From assembly GCA_009692515.1 (NCBI GenBank), contig SHZA01000001.1, positions 9,824-73,823 of the forward strand: a stretch of DNA of 64,000 nucleotides, in the 5' to 3' direction. The position numbers were made by a program, and so were the translations under genes. Of the stretch, positions 19,597 through 29,202 are shown piece by piece (positions within the stretch are counted from its first letter, which is position 1; each line of letters opens with the position of its first letter). The notes beneath the pieces were generated by a model. It saw only the letters and a program-made list of their open reading frames with translations, made no database searches and was not told the origin of the DNA. This stretch comes from Bdellovibrionales bacterium (GTDB lineage Bacteria; Bdellovibrionota; FAC87; UBA2466).

Positions 19597-21018
19597 ATGA
19601 AAAATGAACAGGACCAGCTCAAAAGAGATGCAGAGGAATTAGCAAAATTGGGTTATTCTCAAGAGCTGCTCAGAGGCTTGGGTGGATTTTCCAATTTCGC
19701 TGTCGCATTCTCTGTCATCTCTATTTTAACCGGCATTAGTCAACTCTACGGCTATGGGCTACAGCACGGGGGCCCAAGCCAAATGTTTTGGGGATGGCTA
19801 ATCGTAGGTTTCTTTACTCTTCTGGTCTCTTTATCGATGGCAGAACTTGCAAGTGCTTACCCGACTGCCGGAGCTCTTTATCATTGGAGTAGTTTTTTGG
19901 GAGGAAAAACCATAGGTTGGTTTACGGCATGCTTTAATGCCATTGGAATGTTTGCTATTTTGGCGGGTATCGATTTTGGGTTAGCCAAGTTTCTTATTCC
20001 ATTATTACATCTTCCAGATACCGCTCTTGTCGTTAATTGTCTTTATGCTCTTTTACTTTTTTCACATGCCTTCTTAAATTACCGCGGAATAAAAATAGTA
20101 GGTTGGCTCAATGATTTTTCCGCCATTTATCATGTAGCGGTCATCTTTTTATTAATTACGGCGCTTGCGATAAAGGGATTTCATCAGCCGTTAAGTTTTC
20201 TTACTAAGTTTAATGCTACAGATGGATTTTCTATGCCCTATAGTTTTATGGTCGGGCTTTTACTCGCGCAATGGACAATGACGGGATACGATGCCTCTGC
20301 TCATGTCACAGAGGAAACCATCGATCCTGGTCGTCGAGCTCCTTGGGGAATATTTTTTGCCGTAGTACTTTCTCTTTTTAGTGGCCTGTTCATGTTGATG
20401 GCAGTCACCCTTTCTATTCCTGATCTAGCCGAATTCACAGCAAAAGGGGATTCTGCTTTCTTAGATATTTTTCGCTATAACTTAGGAAATGAATTTGGGT
20501 CTATCGTCGTCGGACTTGTAGCGGGGGCCATGTGGCTTTGTGGCTTAGCGGGAATGACATCAGCCTCTCGAATGGTTTATGCTTTTGCTAGGGACAACGG
20601 ACTTCCAATGTCACGGATGCTTTCTAAAGTACATTTTAAATATAAAACTCCATCTGGAGCTATTTGGAGTTTATCTTTTCTTGCTTTAGTCTTAGCATTT
20701 TCAATTAAAATGTATAGTGCGGTAGTCTCCATTGCGACGGTGGCACTCTATATTTCCTATGGACTACCCATCGCCACTCGAATCTGGGCCAGATACCATG
20801 GAAAGCATGAAAAAATTGGCCCTTGGAATCTAGGGAAATGGAGTAACTTCGTCTCTATCTTAGCGATTATTTGGGTCTTGGTGGTCACCGTTGTTTTCAT
20901 GCTTCCGCCCAATGAACAAGCGGCAAGTGTCATGGGAATCTTCTTTATCACTTTAGTTTTATTATGGTTCTTTTATGTAAAAAATAAATATGCAGGACCC
21001 CAATATATTGAGCGTTAA
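19597..21018 (+). CDS. APC-family amino acid/polyamine permease
   Basis: It is a 473-aa protein with 12 TMs. The APC-type N-terminus is GGFSNFAVAFSVISILTGISQLYGYGL. Confidence 0.8.
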   Translation: MKNEQDQLKRDAEELAKLGYSQELLRGLGGFSNFAVAFSVISILTGISQLYGYGLQHGGPSQMFWGWLIVGFFTLLVSLSMAELASAYPTAGALYHWSSFLGGKTIGWFTACFNAIGMFAILAGIDFGLAKFLIPLLHLPDTALVVNCLYALLLFSHAFLNYRGIKIVGWLNDFSAIYHVAVIFLLITALAIKGFHQPLSFLTKFNATDGFSMPYSFMVGLLLAQWTMTGYDASAHVTEETIDPGRRAPWGIFFAVVLSLFSGLFMLMAVTLSIPDLAEFTAKGDSAFLDIFRYNLGNEFGSIVVGLVAGAMWLCGLAGMTSASRMVYAFARDNGLPMSRMLSKVHFKYKTPSGAIWSLSFLALVLAFSIKMYSAVVSIATVALYISYGLPIATRIWARYHGKHEKIGPWNLGKWSNFVSILAIIWVLVVTVVFMLPPNEQAASVMGIFFITLVLLWFFYVKNKYAGPQYIER

Positions 21019-21020
21019 GC

Positions 21021-22511
21021 TTGCTTTTAAAAAAGGAGACACCCTTGAAACAATATCGAATGTATGTCGGTGGAGAATGGGTAGAGGCTAAATCAAAGGC
21101 ACTAAGACAAATTATAGATCCTGGAAATGGTGAACTTTTAGGAACGGTTCCAGAATCGAATCGCGAAGATGTAATTCTAGCCATCGAAGCTGCAAGAGAG
21201 GCTTTTGATAAAGGCCCATGGAAAACAACTACCGCTTTAGATCGCGGAAAATTTTTGTTTAAAATTTCAGATCTTATTCGCCGAGAGGCTAAGCGCTTGG
21301 CCGAACTTGAGGTAAAAAATTGCGGAAAGCCTCTTGCTGAAGCTGAGTTTGACGTTAATGATGCGGCTAATTGTTTCGAATTTTATGGAGGTCTTGCGAC
21401 CAAAATACATGGAGAAACGATGTCGGTCCCTGCTAATTCCATGAGCTTTGTAGTTCGAGAACCCTTAGGAGTGTGCGGGCAGATCATCCCTTGGAACTTT
21501 CCCTTATTAATGTCGGCGTGGAAATTAGCGCCAGCACTTGCTGCTGGGTGTACCGTTATTTTAAAACCCTCAGAGCTCACGCCTCTTACCGCATTGGAAC
21601 TTGCCGGGCTTATTCATGAAGCGGGATTACCTCGAGGGGTCGTTAATATCGTTACCGGTCCCGGAGTCGGAGCGGGTGAAGAACTTGCACAAAATAAACT
21701 CTGCGATAAGGTGGCCTTCACAGGCGGCACCCTTACCGGAAGGAAAATTTTAGAAGGTGCCTCTTCAAACTTAAAAAAAGTCACTCTAGAGCTAGGGGGT
21801 AAAAACCCCAATATTGTTTTTGCAGATTGTGATCTAGAGGCTGCTATAGATGGTGCGCTTTTTGGTGCCTTTGCAAATCAAGGAGAGGTGTGCTCTGCAG
21901 GTTCCAGACTTCTCGTCGACAAATCTATTCATAAATCGATGGTAGCGGGCATGCTCGCTAAAATCGATCGTATTAAATTGGGCCACGGACTGACTCCCGG
22001 AGTTAAAATGGGGCCACTGATCTCTAAAGCACAATTAGAAAAAGTACAAAACTATATCCAAATTGGCATAGAAGAGGGTGCGACACCTCTTTGTGGCGGT
22101 AAGCGCCCTGAAGGTTCTATCTTTAATAAAGGCAACTTTTTGCTCCCAACTATTTTTGATAATGTAACTCCAAAAATGAGAATCGCTAGAGAAGAAATAT
22201 TTGGCCCTGTTCTTTCGATAATTACCTTTGAAACAGAAGAGGAGGCTATTCACATTGCTAATGACACCGACTACGGTCTTGCCGCGGGTGTTTGGAGTAA
22301 AAATATTTTTCGAGCCATGAGGGTAGTCCGCTCCCTTCGAGCGGGAATCACATGGATTAATACGTACCATCCCACTTTTAATGAATTACCATGGGGCGGT
22401 TACAAGCAAAGTGGATGGGGAAGAGAATTAGGAATTCACGGCATTGATGCCTATTTAGAAACTAAACAGATTAATATTAATCTGGATGAGGCGCCCATCG
22501 GCTGGTATTAA
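21021..22511 (+). CDS. NAD(P)-dependent aldehyde dehydrogenase (aminoaldehyde/betaine-aldehyde DH-like)
   Basis: The Glu motif is ELGGKNPNIVF, the catalytic Cys is in FANQGEVCSAGSRLLV, and the Rossmann fold is GSxxxG. It is 496 aa. Confidence 0.85.
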   Translation: MLLKKETPLKQYRMYVGGEWVEAKSKALRQIIDPGNGELLGTVPESNREDVILAIEAAREAFDKGPWKTTTALDRGKFLFKISDLIRREAKRLAELEVKNCGKPLAEAEFDVNDAANCFEFYGGLATKIHGETMSVPANSMSFVVREPLGVCGQIIPWNFPLLMSAWKLAPALAAGCTVILKPSELTPLTALELAGLIHEAGLPRGVVNIVTGPGVGAGEELAQNKLCDKVAFTGGTLTGRKILEGASSNLKKVTLELGGKNPNIVFADCDLEAAIDGALFGAFANQGEVCSAGSRLLVDKSIHKSMVAGMLAKIDRIKLGHGLTPGVKMGPLISKAQLEKVQNYIQIGIEEGATPLCGGKRPEGSIFNKGNFLLPTIFDNVTPKMRIAREEIFGPVLSIITFETEEEAIHIANDTDYGLAAGVWSKNIFRAMRVVRSLRAGITWINTYHPTFNELPWGGYKQSGWGRELGIHGIDAYLETKQININLDEAPIGWY

Positions 22512-22513
22512 CT

Positions 22514-23836
22514 ATGATCAACTTAAAAACTTCTATTCCGGGACCTAAGAGTTTGGCTCTCATGGAACGACGTAAAAAGGCTGTTGCTCGCGGGCCCTTC
22601 CACACGACTCCTGTTTTTGTAGACACAGCACAGGGAGTTTGGATCACCGATGTCGACGGTAATAAACTTCTCGATTTTTCCTCAGGGATTGGAGTTGTTA
22701 ATGTAGGACACAGTCCGCAGGAGGTCGTCAATGCCGCAAAAAATCAGTTAACTAGGTTTATTCACACCAGCTTTAATGTGGTGGCCTATGAAAATTATAT
22801 TGCGGTATGCGAACAACTAAACCAATCGATGCCTGGAGCTTTTGAGAAAAAAAGTTTTCTCGCAAATAGCGGCGCCGAGGCCGTAGAAAATGCGATTAAA
22901 ATTGCAAGAAGTGCCACAGATCGACAAGCGATCGTTTGTTTTCAGCACGCTTATCATGGCCGAACTTACATGGCGATGTCGCTCACAGCGAAAGCAAAGC
23001 CTTATAAGTATGGTTTTGCCCCCTTCAATTCTGAAGTTTATCGAGCGCCATTCCCCTATGCCTATCGTTGGCCCACCACTAGTCAGCCTGAAAAGGTAGC
23101 CGAAGAATGTTTTGAGGAGTTTAAAAATTTGGTCCATTCTGAAATCGGGGTTTCTAAATTGGCCGCAGTTATTATTGAACCCGTACTAGGTGAAGGGGGA
23201 TTCATCCCTGCTCCGGCGTCATTTCTTTCTCTTTTGAGAAACTTTTGCAGTGAAAACAGGATCATTCTAATTTTTGATGAAATACAATGTGGGTTTGGCA
23301 GAACTGGAACTCTTTTCGCTTCAGAGAAACTTGGAGTAACTCCCGATCTTTTAGTTTCTGCCAAGGGGATTGCTGCAGGACTCCCTCTTTCTGCAGTGAC
23401 TGGAAAAGCAGAGATTATGGATGCTCCAGCCGAAGGCGGTATCGGAGGCACTTTTGGTGGTAATCCCGTCGCCTGTGCGGCCGCTTTAGCAGTATTTGAA
23501 GAATGGCATAAAGGGGAGCTTCAGCAGAATGCTAAAAAAATAGAAAAAATTCTCACTGAAAAAACTGAAGGCTGGTTAAAAGATTTTGCGATAGTAGGAG
23601 ATGCGAGAGGCCTCGGCCCTATGCGAGCTATTGAGCTCGTTAAGGATCGGCAAACCAAAGAACCCAATCCAGAGGCGGTAAAAAAAATATTAAAATTCTC
23701 CTGTGAGAAGGGGCTTATTCTCATGAATGCTGGCACCTTTGGAAATGTAATTAGGTTTTTGCCGCCGCTGGGAATAAAAGAATCGGAACTTATTCTAGGA
23801 TTGAAAATTGTAGAAGAGGCACTTAAGAGTGTATGA
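22514..23836 (+). CDS. class III PLP-dependent aminotransferase (GABA/putrescine aminotransferase-like)
   Basis: It has the AT-III fold. The PLP-lysine region is DLLVSAKGIAAGLPLSAV, and IFDEIQCGFGRTG is also present. It is 440 aa. Confidence 0.85.
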   Translation: MINLKTSIPGPKSLALMERRKKAVARGPFHTTPVFVDTAQGVWITDVDGNKLLDFSSGIGVVNVGHSPQEVVNAAKNQLTRFIHTSFNVVAYENYIAVCEQLNQSMPGAFEKKSFLANSGAEAVENAIKIARSATDRQAIVCFQHAYHGRTYMAMSLTAKAKPYKYGFAPFNSEVYRAPFPYAYRWPTTSQPEKVAEECFEEFKNLVHSEIGVSKLAAVIIEPVLGEGGFIPAPASFLSLLRNFCSENRIILIFDEIQCGFGRTGTLFASEKLGVTPDLLVSAKGIAAGLPLSAVTGKAEIMDAPAEGGIGGTFGGNPVACAAALAVFEEWHKGELQQNAKKIEKILTEKTEGWLKDFAIVGDARGLGPMRAIELVKDRQTKEPNPEAVKKILKFSCEKGLILMNAGTFGNVIRFLPPLGIKESELILGLKIVEEALKSV

Positions 23837-23838
23837 TT

Positions 23839-24669
23839 TTAGCAAAAATTTCCCACAAAAATAATAATAAATCCCAAGCAAGAGACTAACCAGAAGAAAT
23901 TTATTTTTTCCATAGTTCGTTCAAAATAAATAAGGCTAGGATTTCTTTGAATCTCTCTGGTAGCCATCCAGACAAACCCTAGAGCAATTCCAATAATTAA
24001 GTAAGCGCCCCCTGAAATAGCCACTCCTATATTATCTAGAGAGGTATTAATCAAGGCATCACTGAAATAGGAGCCTATCCACAACAATCCAATTCCCACA
24101 GAAAAAAGGGTTAACACCTTGATCTTCACTAAATTTCTATTCGCAAAAATCTCGACACTTTGAGTGAATGTTTTTTTATGGGTTGACGCTTTACTTTCTC
24201 TAATCAAATACAAAATAATTCCCAGCGCGATTAATGCCGCAGAAACTGAAAACACATTCTTTAACTCAATTTGTTGGTAATCAAGCCCAGAAAAATCTCT
24301 AACTAAAAAAGCGAATAAAGGAGCCACTGAAAAAATGAGAACCAAACGATAACAACTCCAAAAAACTCCCAGAAATCGTAAAGCCAAAGTCAATCGGCCC
24401 TGATCCTCTGAGATCATATATGTTTTGGCTAATTTAGAAAATTGCAAAACGGGAAGTGAAAGGAAAAGGAAGGCTAAGGCTAGCGTTAATTGCCAAGTTG
24501 CCATTAAAATATTTTCATGGCGAATTAAAGAATTCAAACCAAGAGCAGTCTGCTGTAAAAAGATTAAGATACTTAAATAAAATAAAATTTGTGTAGGCAA
24601 TACACTCCAGGCGATAAGTCCTTGAACCTCATTTTCATGGGCTATTAATGGAGAAATGTTTTTTGCCAT
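23839..24669 (-). CDS. polytopic membrane protein, hypothetical
   Basis: It has 7 to 8 predicted TM helices. No family was recognised. Confidence 0.4.
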   Translation of the reverse strand: MAKNISPLIAHENEVQGLIAWSVLPTQILFYLSILIFLQQTALGLNSLIRHENILMATWQLTLALAFLFLSLPVLQFSKLAKTYMISEDQGRLTLALRFLGVFWSCYRLVLIFSVAPLFAFLVRDFSGLDYQQIELKNVFSVSAALIALGIILYLIRESKASTHKKTFTQSVEIFANRNLVKIKVLTLFSVGIGLLWIGSYFSDALINTSLDNIGVAISGGAYLIIGIALGFVWMATREIQRNPSLIYFERTMEKINFFWLVSCLGFIIIFVGNFC

Positions 24670-24767
24670 AGATCTAGTTTACTATGATTTGGAACTATTT
24701 TCTTCAAAAGTATGAAAGACAGGAGCCGAATAACGCGCTACGCCGCACACAGACCCTTTTTCGGTCC

Positions 24768-25583
24768 TTATTGGTTTAAAAATTCAATGAGCCCTTTAGG
24801 GTTATCTGTGGTCAGCCCGGAAACTCCAGCAGAGATCATTCTTTCAAATTCCTGAACCGTATTTACAGTATAGGGCCAGACCTCAACTCCCAAAGCACGT
24901 ACCGCTGAAATTTCGTTCGCGGAAATCGATTTAAAAAAAGGCGCTAGTATTTTGGGGTGAAATTTTTGACAGATTTCTAGATACGGTATTTCAGTTTGAT
25001 AGGTTAAAACAGCAATAGGAATTTGTGGAGCTTGTCGTTTCATTTCTTCTAATACCGAAAAATCAAATGATCTGACCACTGCATTACCAACATCCCAATA
25101 TTGATTAATTTCAGCTATGACCTTCTGAACTATGATTTCAACACTTGGCGCTTCAGTGTCATTAAATTCCTTGCGCTTTATTTCGATGTCTAATCCGATA
25201 GGATGGAGCGAATTTTGATTCCATTGTTTCATCTTTAAAAAAACTTCTCTTAAAGTCGGAATTTTTTTTTCTAAATCTAAAAGTTCTCGTTTGTGGGTCA
25301 ACCTGCGGTCAATTCTAATTTCTAGTTGCTGAATTTGAGCAAGATTCATTTTCCAAATTGGCATTGAGGAGACCAAAGGATTTCCCAAATTATCTCGACA
25401 CCACTCGGGTGTGATATCAAAATCGTGGAAAACAATGACCTCTTCATCTTTAGTTAATTGGACATCTAATTCAATACTATCCACCTTTAACTCTACCGCT
25501 CTTTCAAATGAAGGCAGCGTATTTTCTACAAACTCGGAGCACGCGCCGCGATGAGCTTGTACATGAATCTTTTTCTCTCCCAT
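24768..25583 (-). CDS. glycerophosphodiester phosphodiesterase (GDPD family)
   Basis: The N-terminus HRGACSEFVENTLPSFERAVELKVDSIELDVQLTKDEEVIVFHD carries the HR...E...D catalytic motif of GDPD. Confidence 0.8.
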   Translation of the reverse strand: MGEKKIHVQAHRGACSEFVENTLPSFERAVELKVDSIELDVQLTKDEEVIVFHDFDITPEWCRDNLGNPLVSSMPIWKMNLAQIQQLEIRIDRRLTHKRELLDLEKKIPTLREVFLKMKQWNQNSLHPIGLDIEIKRKEFNDTEAPSVEIIVQKVIAEINQYWDVGNAVVRSFDFSVLEEMKRQAPQIPIAVLTYQTEIPYLEICQKFHPKILAPFFKSISANEISAVRALGVEVWPYTVNTVQEFERMISAGVSGLTTDNPKGLIEFLNQ

Positions 25584-25621
25584 TGGCGGCTCCTCAAAAA
25601 AGGGGTATAGGTCTAATTACT

Positions 25622-25930
25622 ATGAAAGACATTAAATCAGAAGTCGAAAAATGCAAAGTCCAAGTGTTAGTTTGTACCAATGAGCGTCCTCCAGGAAAAA
25701 CCTGCTGTTTTAAATACGGTGGGCAAGATTTCTATCTCGCGTTAAAAACGAGATTGAAGCAGGAAGGTCTCCATAATACTCATTGGGCCACTCGTACAGG
25801 ATGCTTAGGGTTTTGCAACGATGTGGGAACCACGGTAGCCATTCACCGCAAAGGTGAGTCTTCACAATGGTTTAACGAAGTCACAGCTACCGACATGGAT
25901 TCCATCTGGAAGGAGATTGTGAGAGAATAA
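25622..25930 (+). CDS. thioredoxin-like [2Fe-2S] ferredoxin
   Basis: I chose the internal start MKDIKSEV to avoid overlap with the GDPD gene. There are four Cys in the spacing of Trx-like 2Fe-2S ferredoxins (VLVCTNERP...KTCC...TGCLGFCN). Confidence 0.5.
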   Translation: MKDIKSEVEKCKVQVLVCTNERPPGKTCCFKYGGQDFYLALKTRLKQEGLHNTHWATRTGCLGFCNDVGTTVAIHRKGESSQWFNEVTATDMDSIWKEIVRE

Positions 25931-25934
25931 AAAA

Positions 25935-26738
25935 ATGAAATTAATTCTCTTAGTGTCCTGCCTTCTTTTTTCAATCTTTTCAGCCCCCTCTTTTTCTATC
26001 GATAATCCTCCCACAGAAAAAACTCAGCTTACCGAACTTTTTTCCAGTCAAGAATCACCGGGAGAGGGAACCTTGGTCTACTCGGGAGAAAATGAAAAAG
26101 ACACTATCACTCTAGGAGTTGACTCAGGTATTTATGCCTTAGCACTCGCTTTTAAAGGTGAGTTACTCCCTATCAGCTATCGAAAAGATTTTGCAAAAAA
26201 AATTATTATTCAGGTGGCATTGGGAAATCTGAAATCGAAATTGGGGGATAAAATTCCTCAATTTGGAGTGGCCTCTTTTATCACTTCAGAGATTCCGAAG
26301 GAGGCTACCGCTTTTACTTTTATGGATCTTAAAAAGAAGAATATTCAACCTCAGGCTGTAACGATTCTTCAATTTATTTCGCCTAAAACTACTTTGGCAC
26401 AATCGGATCAAGAAAAACTTCAAAATACATTTTATGGAAAATCGGGAGGCATCACCATGACTCCAGTAGGAGAGATTGAGCAGGTCACAGTTCGTACGAC
26501 GGACGGTAAGGTTACCTTCAAAAAACAGAAAATGAAATTTGATTTTCAAACCACAATGATGACCCCTTTTAGTGGCTTAGAAAAAAAGCTAGTGGGATCG
26601 ATTATTTTTCCAGTTTATGTCCCCTTTGGAAAGAGGGCAGAGGCTTTAGCTGTCAAATTAGGCAGTGGGGTTGATGGAGCCGATTCCGGTCCGCCTAAAA
26701 GACTGAACCCCAATCGAAAAATCACAGGAACTAAATAG
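25935..26738 (+). CDS. secreted hypothetical protein
   Basis: It has a signal peptide (MKLILLVSCLLFSIFSAPSFS). No family was recognised. Confidence 0.4.
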   Translation: MKLILLVSCLLFSIFSAPSFSIDNPPTEKTQLTELFSSQESPGEGTLVYSGENEKDTITLGVDSGIYALALAFKGELLPISYRKDFAKKIIIQVALGNLKSKLGDKIPQFGVASFITSEIPKEATAFTFMDLKKKNIQPQAVTILQFISPKTTLAQSDQEKLQNTFYGKSGGITMTPVGEIEQVTVRTTDGKVTFKKQKMKFDFQTTMMTPFSGLEKKLVGSIIFPVYVPFGKRAEALAVKLGSGVDGADSGPPKRLNPNRKITGTK

Positions 26739-26915
26739 AATGGGACTTAAGAAACTTACTCCAAACCCACCGAGATAACGCACAGCTTTGAGCTTTAGGC
26801 TCAAATTCATCTTAAAGCATTGTTATTACTATACTTTTTTTACCGAACTCTTTAGGGGCATATTCCCGCATTTCTGATTGTAATTCTCTAAGGAATTACA
26901 TAGGATGCGGGACTT

Positions 26916-27878
26916 ATGACCGTGCCTATTTCTCATGAAGAAAACTTTAAGCTGCTTTCGGGAACCGCCAATGTTGCGCTTTCTAAGGCCATAGCTGATC
27001 ATCTTGGAATGGCTTTGTGCAAAGCTGAGATGCGTCGTTTTTCAGATGGGGAAATTTTTGTTGAGATCCAGGAAAGTGTCCGCGGCGCCGATACTTTTAT
27101 TATTCAATCTACCTGTCATCCTGTGAACGATTCCTTGATGGAATTGCTAATCATGACCGATGCGCTAAGACGTTCTTCCGCAGCTTCAATTACCGCAGTC
27201 ATTCCTTATTATGGTTACGCAAGACAGGACAGAAAAGTTCAGCCCCGAGTGCCTATTACGGCCAAGCTCGTAGCCGATCTTTTAGTCGCCTCTGGAGTCA
27301 CTCGAGTGATTTCAATGGATCTCCACGCAAGTCAAATTCAAGGTTTTTTTAATATTCCTTTTGACCATCTTTTCGCCAAACCCGTTTTATTAAATTATGT
27401 TCGACAGCACTATGATCTCAATAAACTTATCGTGGTAAGTCCCGATGCCGGCGGAGTCGAAAGAGCTAGAGCTTATGCAAAACGTTTAGATGTCCCCCTT
27501 GCCATTATCGACAAACGTCGATTAAAAGCTAATGAGGTCGGTGGCATGAGTCTTATTGGAGATGTTCGAGGTCGACACGCTTTAATTGTCGACGATATGA
27601 TCGACACCGCAGGCACCTTGGTTCAAGCGACTCAAGTTTTATTAGACAGTGGAGCAGAGCAGGTCAGTGCCGCCTGCTCTCATGGAGTTTTTTCTGGTAC
27701 GGCGTATGAGCGGATTCGAGACAGCCAATTAAAGGAAGTCATTTGTACCGACACGATTCCGCTATCGCCAGCATTAGCCACAGTTGCTAAAATAAAGTGC
27801 CTTTCAGTGGTGCCTATTTTGGCAGAGGCAATGCGGAGAGTACAAACAAGGCAGTCGGTGAGTAGTCTTTTTGATTAA
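26916..27878 (+). CDS. prs: ribose-phosphate pyrophosphokinase
   Basis: The PRPP-binding loop is HALIVDDMIDTAGTL. RFSDGEI and VVSPDAGGVERAR are also present. It is 320 aa. Confidence 0.9.
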   Translation: MTVPISHEENFKLLSGTANVALSKAIADHLGMALCKAEMRRFSDGEIFVEIQESVRGADTFIIQSTCHPVNDSLMELLIMTDALRRSSAASITAVIPYYGYARQDRKVQPRVPITAKLVADLLVASGVTRVISMDLHASQIQGFFNIPFDHLFAKPVLLNYVRQHYDLNKLIVVSPDAGGVERARAYAKRLDVPLAIIDKRRLKANEVGGMSLIGDVRGRHALIVDDMIDTAGTLVQATQVLLDSGAEQVSAACSHGVFSGTAYERIRDSQLKEVICTDTIPLSPALATVAKIKCLSVVPILAEAMRRVQTRQSVSSLFD

Positions 27879-27900
27879 CGAAAGAAGTAGGTAGAAAAAA

Positions 27901-28581
27901 ATGGAACAGCAATCTCTCTCAGTAGAAAGCAGAACAGGCACAGGAAAAAGTGTCACTCGTAAACTCAGGGCTGTAGGAAAAATTCCCGCAGTTGTGTATG
28001 GCTTAGGAAATAGTAAAGCCATCACACTTCAACCTGAGATACTCAAAAGTATTTTGTTATCCGAAGGGGGTCGTAACAAAATCTTGGCACTTAAAGGTGC
28101 AGGGCTAGACGGTAAGCACGTTTTAGTAAAAGACTATCAAGTCGATCCTGTTTCAAGAGCGCTACTCCATGCAGATCTTCTTGAAATCGACGTGACCAAG
28201 AAAATTGAAGTCACCGTTAAATTAAATTTCTTAGGCAAACCTATCGGTGTCGCCGACGGCGGGGTGTTAAATATGATTGAACGTTCCATTCAAATCAAAT
28301 GTTTACCCAATGCAATACCTCACCATATTGATATTGACGTGAGTGCATTAGCCATCGGGGATTCTATTCATTTAGATGAATTAAAATTACCTGAAAATGT
28401 TGAAAAATCTAGTCAAGCTAATCCGACTCTTGTCACTGTAGTTCCTCCGGCTAAAGAAGAGGCCGCAGTAGCTTCATTAACACCTTCGGCAGAGCCTGAG
28501 GTCATTACAGCTAAAAAACCTGCAGCAGGTGAAGCTGCAGCAGCTGCTGGTGATGCCAAGAAAGATGAAAAGAAGAAGTAA
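27901..28581 (+). CDS. rplY: 50S ribosomal protein L25 / general stress protein Ctc, long form with K/A/E-rich tail
   Basis: It has the L25 N-domain (KLRAVGKIPAVVYG) and the Ctc beta-barrel domain. It has a conserved position between prs and pth. Confidence 0.85.
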   Translation: MEQQSLSVESRTGTGKSVTRKLRAVGKIPAVVYGLGNSKAITLQPEILKSILLSEGGRNKILALKGAGLDGKHVLVKDYQVDPVSRALLHADLLEIDVTKKIEVTVKLNFLGKPIGVADGGVLNMIERSIQIKCLPNAIPHHIDIDVSALAIGDSIHLDELKLPENVEKSSQANPTLVTVVPPAKEEAAVASLTPSAEPEVITAKKPAAGEAAAAAGDAKKDEKKK

Positions 28582-28602
28582 TTTCTTCTTTGAATTTATT
28601 CT

Positions 28603-29202
28603 GTGGCTAATCCAACTGAGACGTTTCTTATTGTCGGCCTGGGGAATCCCGGGCCGAAATACGAAAAAACTAGACATAATATTGGATTTCAAGTTCTGGA
28701 CAATCTGGTTGAGAAATGGAAAGCCCCCTCTTTCGCTCCTAAGTTTCAAGGGTATTTTACCGAGCTCTCAAAAAGCGGTTTAAAAATTCTAATGCTAAAA
28801 CCTCAAACCTTTATGAATTTATCAGGACGAAGTGTTCAAGAGGTTATTCACTTTTATAAATTGGATCTATCCTCTCAACTTTTAGTGATTAATGACGATC
28901 TCGATCTTCCCGTAGGCCAACTTAGATTACGACTTGCTGGAGGGCCTGGGGGACATAACGGATTAAAATCGATTATTGAATGTTTAGGAAGTGAAGCTTT
29001 TGCCAGACTGCGTGTGGGCATTGGTAGATCAGAAATGGTCCCTTCGGAAAAATACGTTTTAGGAAAAATACCTAAAGCCGAACACAAAATTTTTAGTGAA
29101 GCGATTCAGTTTGCCCAAGAGGGTATCGAAGCCATCTTAAAAGATGGACTCACTAAAGCGATGAATGTTATCAACATAAAAAGAGGTTCTAATGAGTCTT
29201 AA
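28603..29202 (+). CDS. pth: peptidyl-tRNA hydrolase
   Basis: LIVGLGNPGPKYEKTRHNIGF and GGHNGLKSI are present. It is 199 aa. Confidence 0.9.
   Translation: MANPTETFLIVGLGNPGPKYEKTRHNIGFQVLDNLVEKWKAPSFAPKFQGYFTELSKSGLKILMLKPQTFMNLSGRSVQEVIHFYKLDLSSQLLVINDDLDLPVGQLRLRLAGGPGGHNGLKSIIECLGSEAFARLRVGIGRSEMVPSEKYVLGKIPKAEHKIFSEAIQFAQEGIEAILKDGLTKAMNVINIKRGSNES

Noticed and set aside
21383-23736. Antisense ORFs within the ALDH and aminotransferase genes (21383..21580, 21614..21811, 22035..22370, 23083..23451 and others)
   Set aside because: They are embedded opposite strongly supported enzyme genes, and their composition follows complementary codon bias only.
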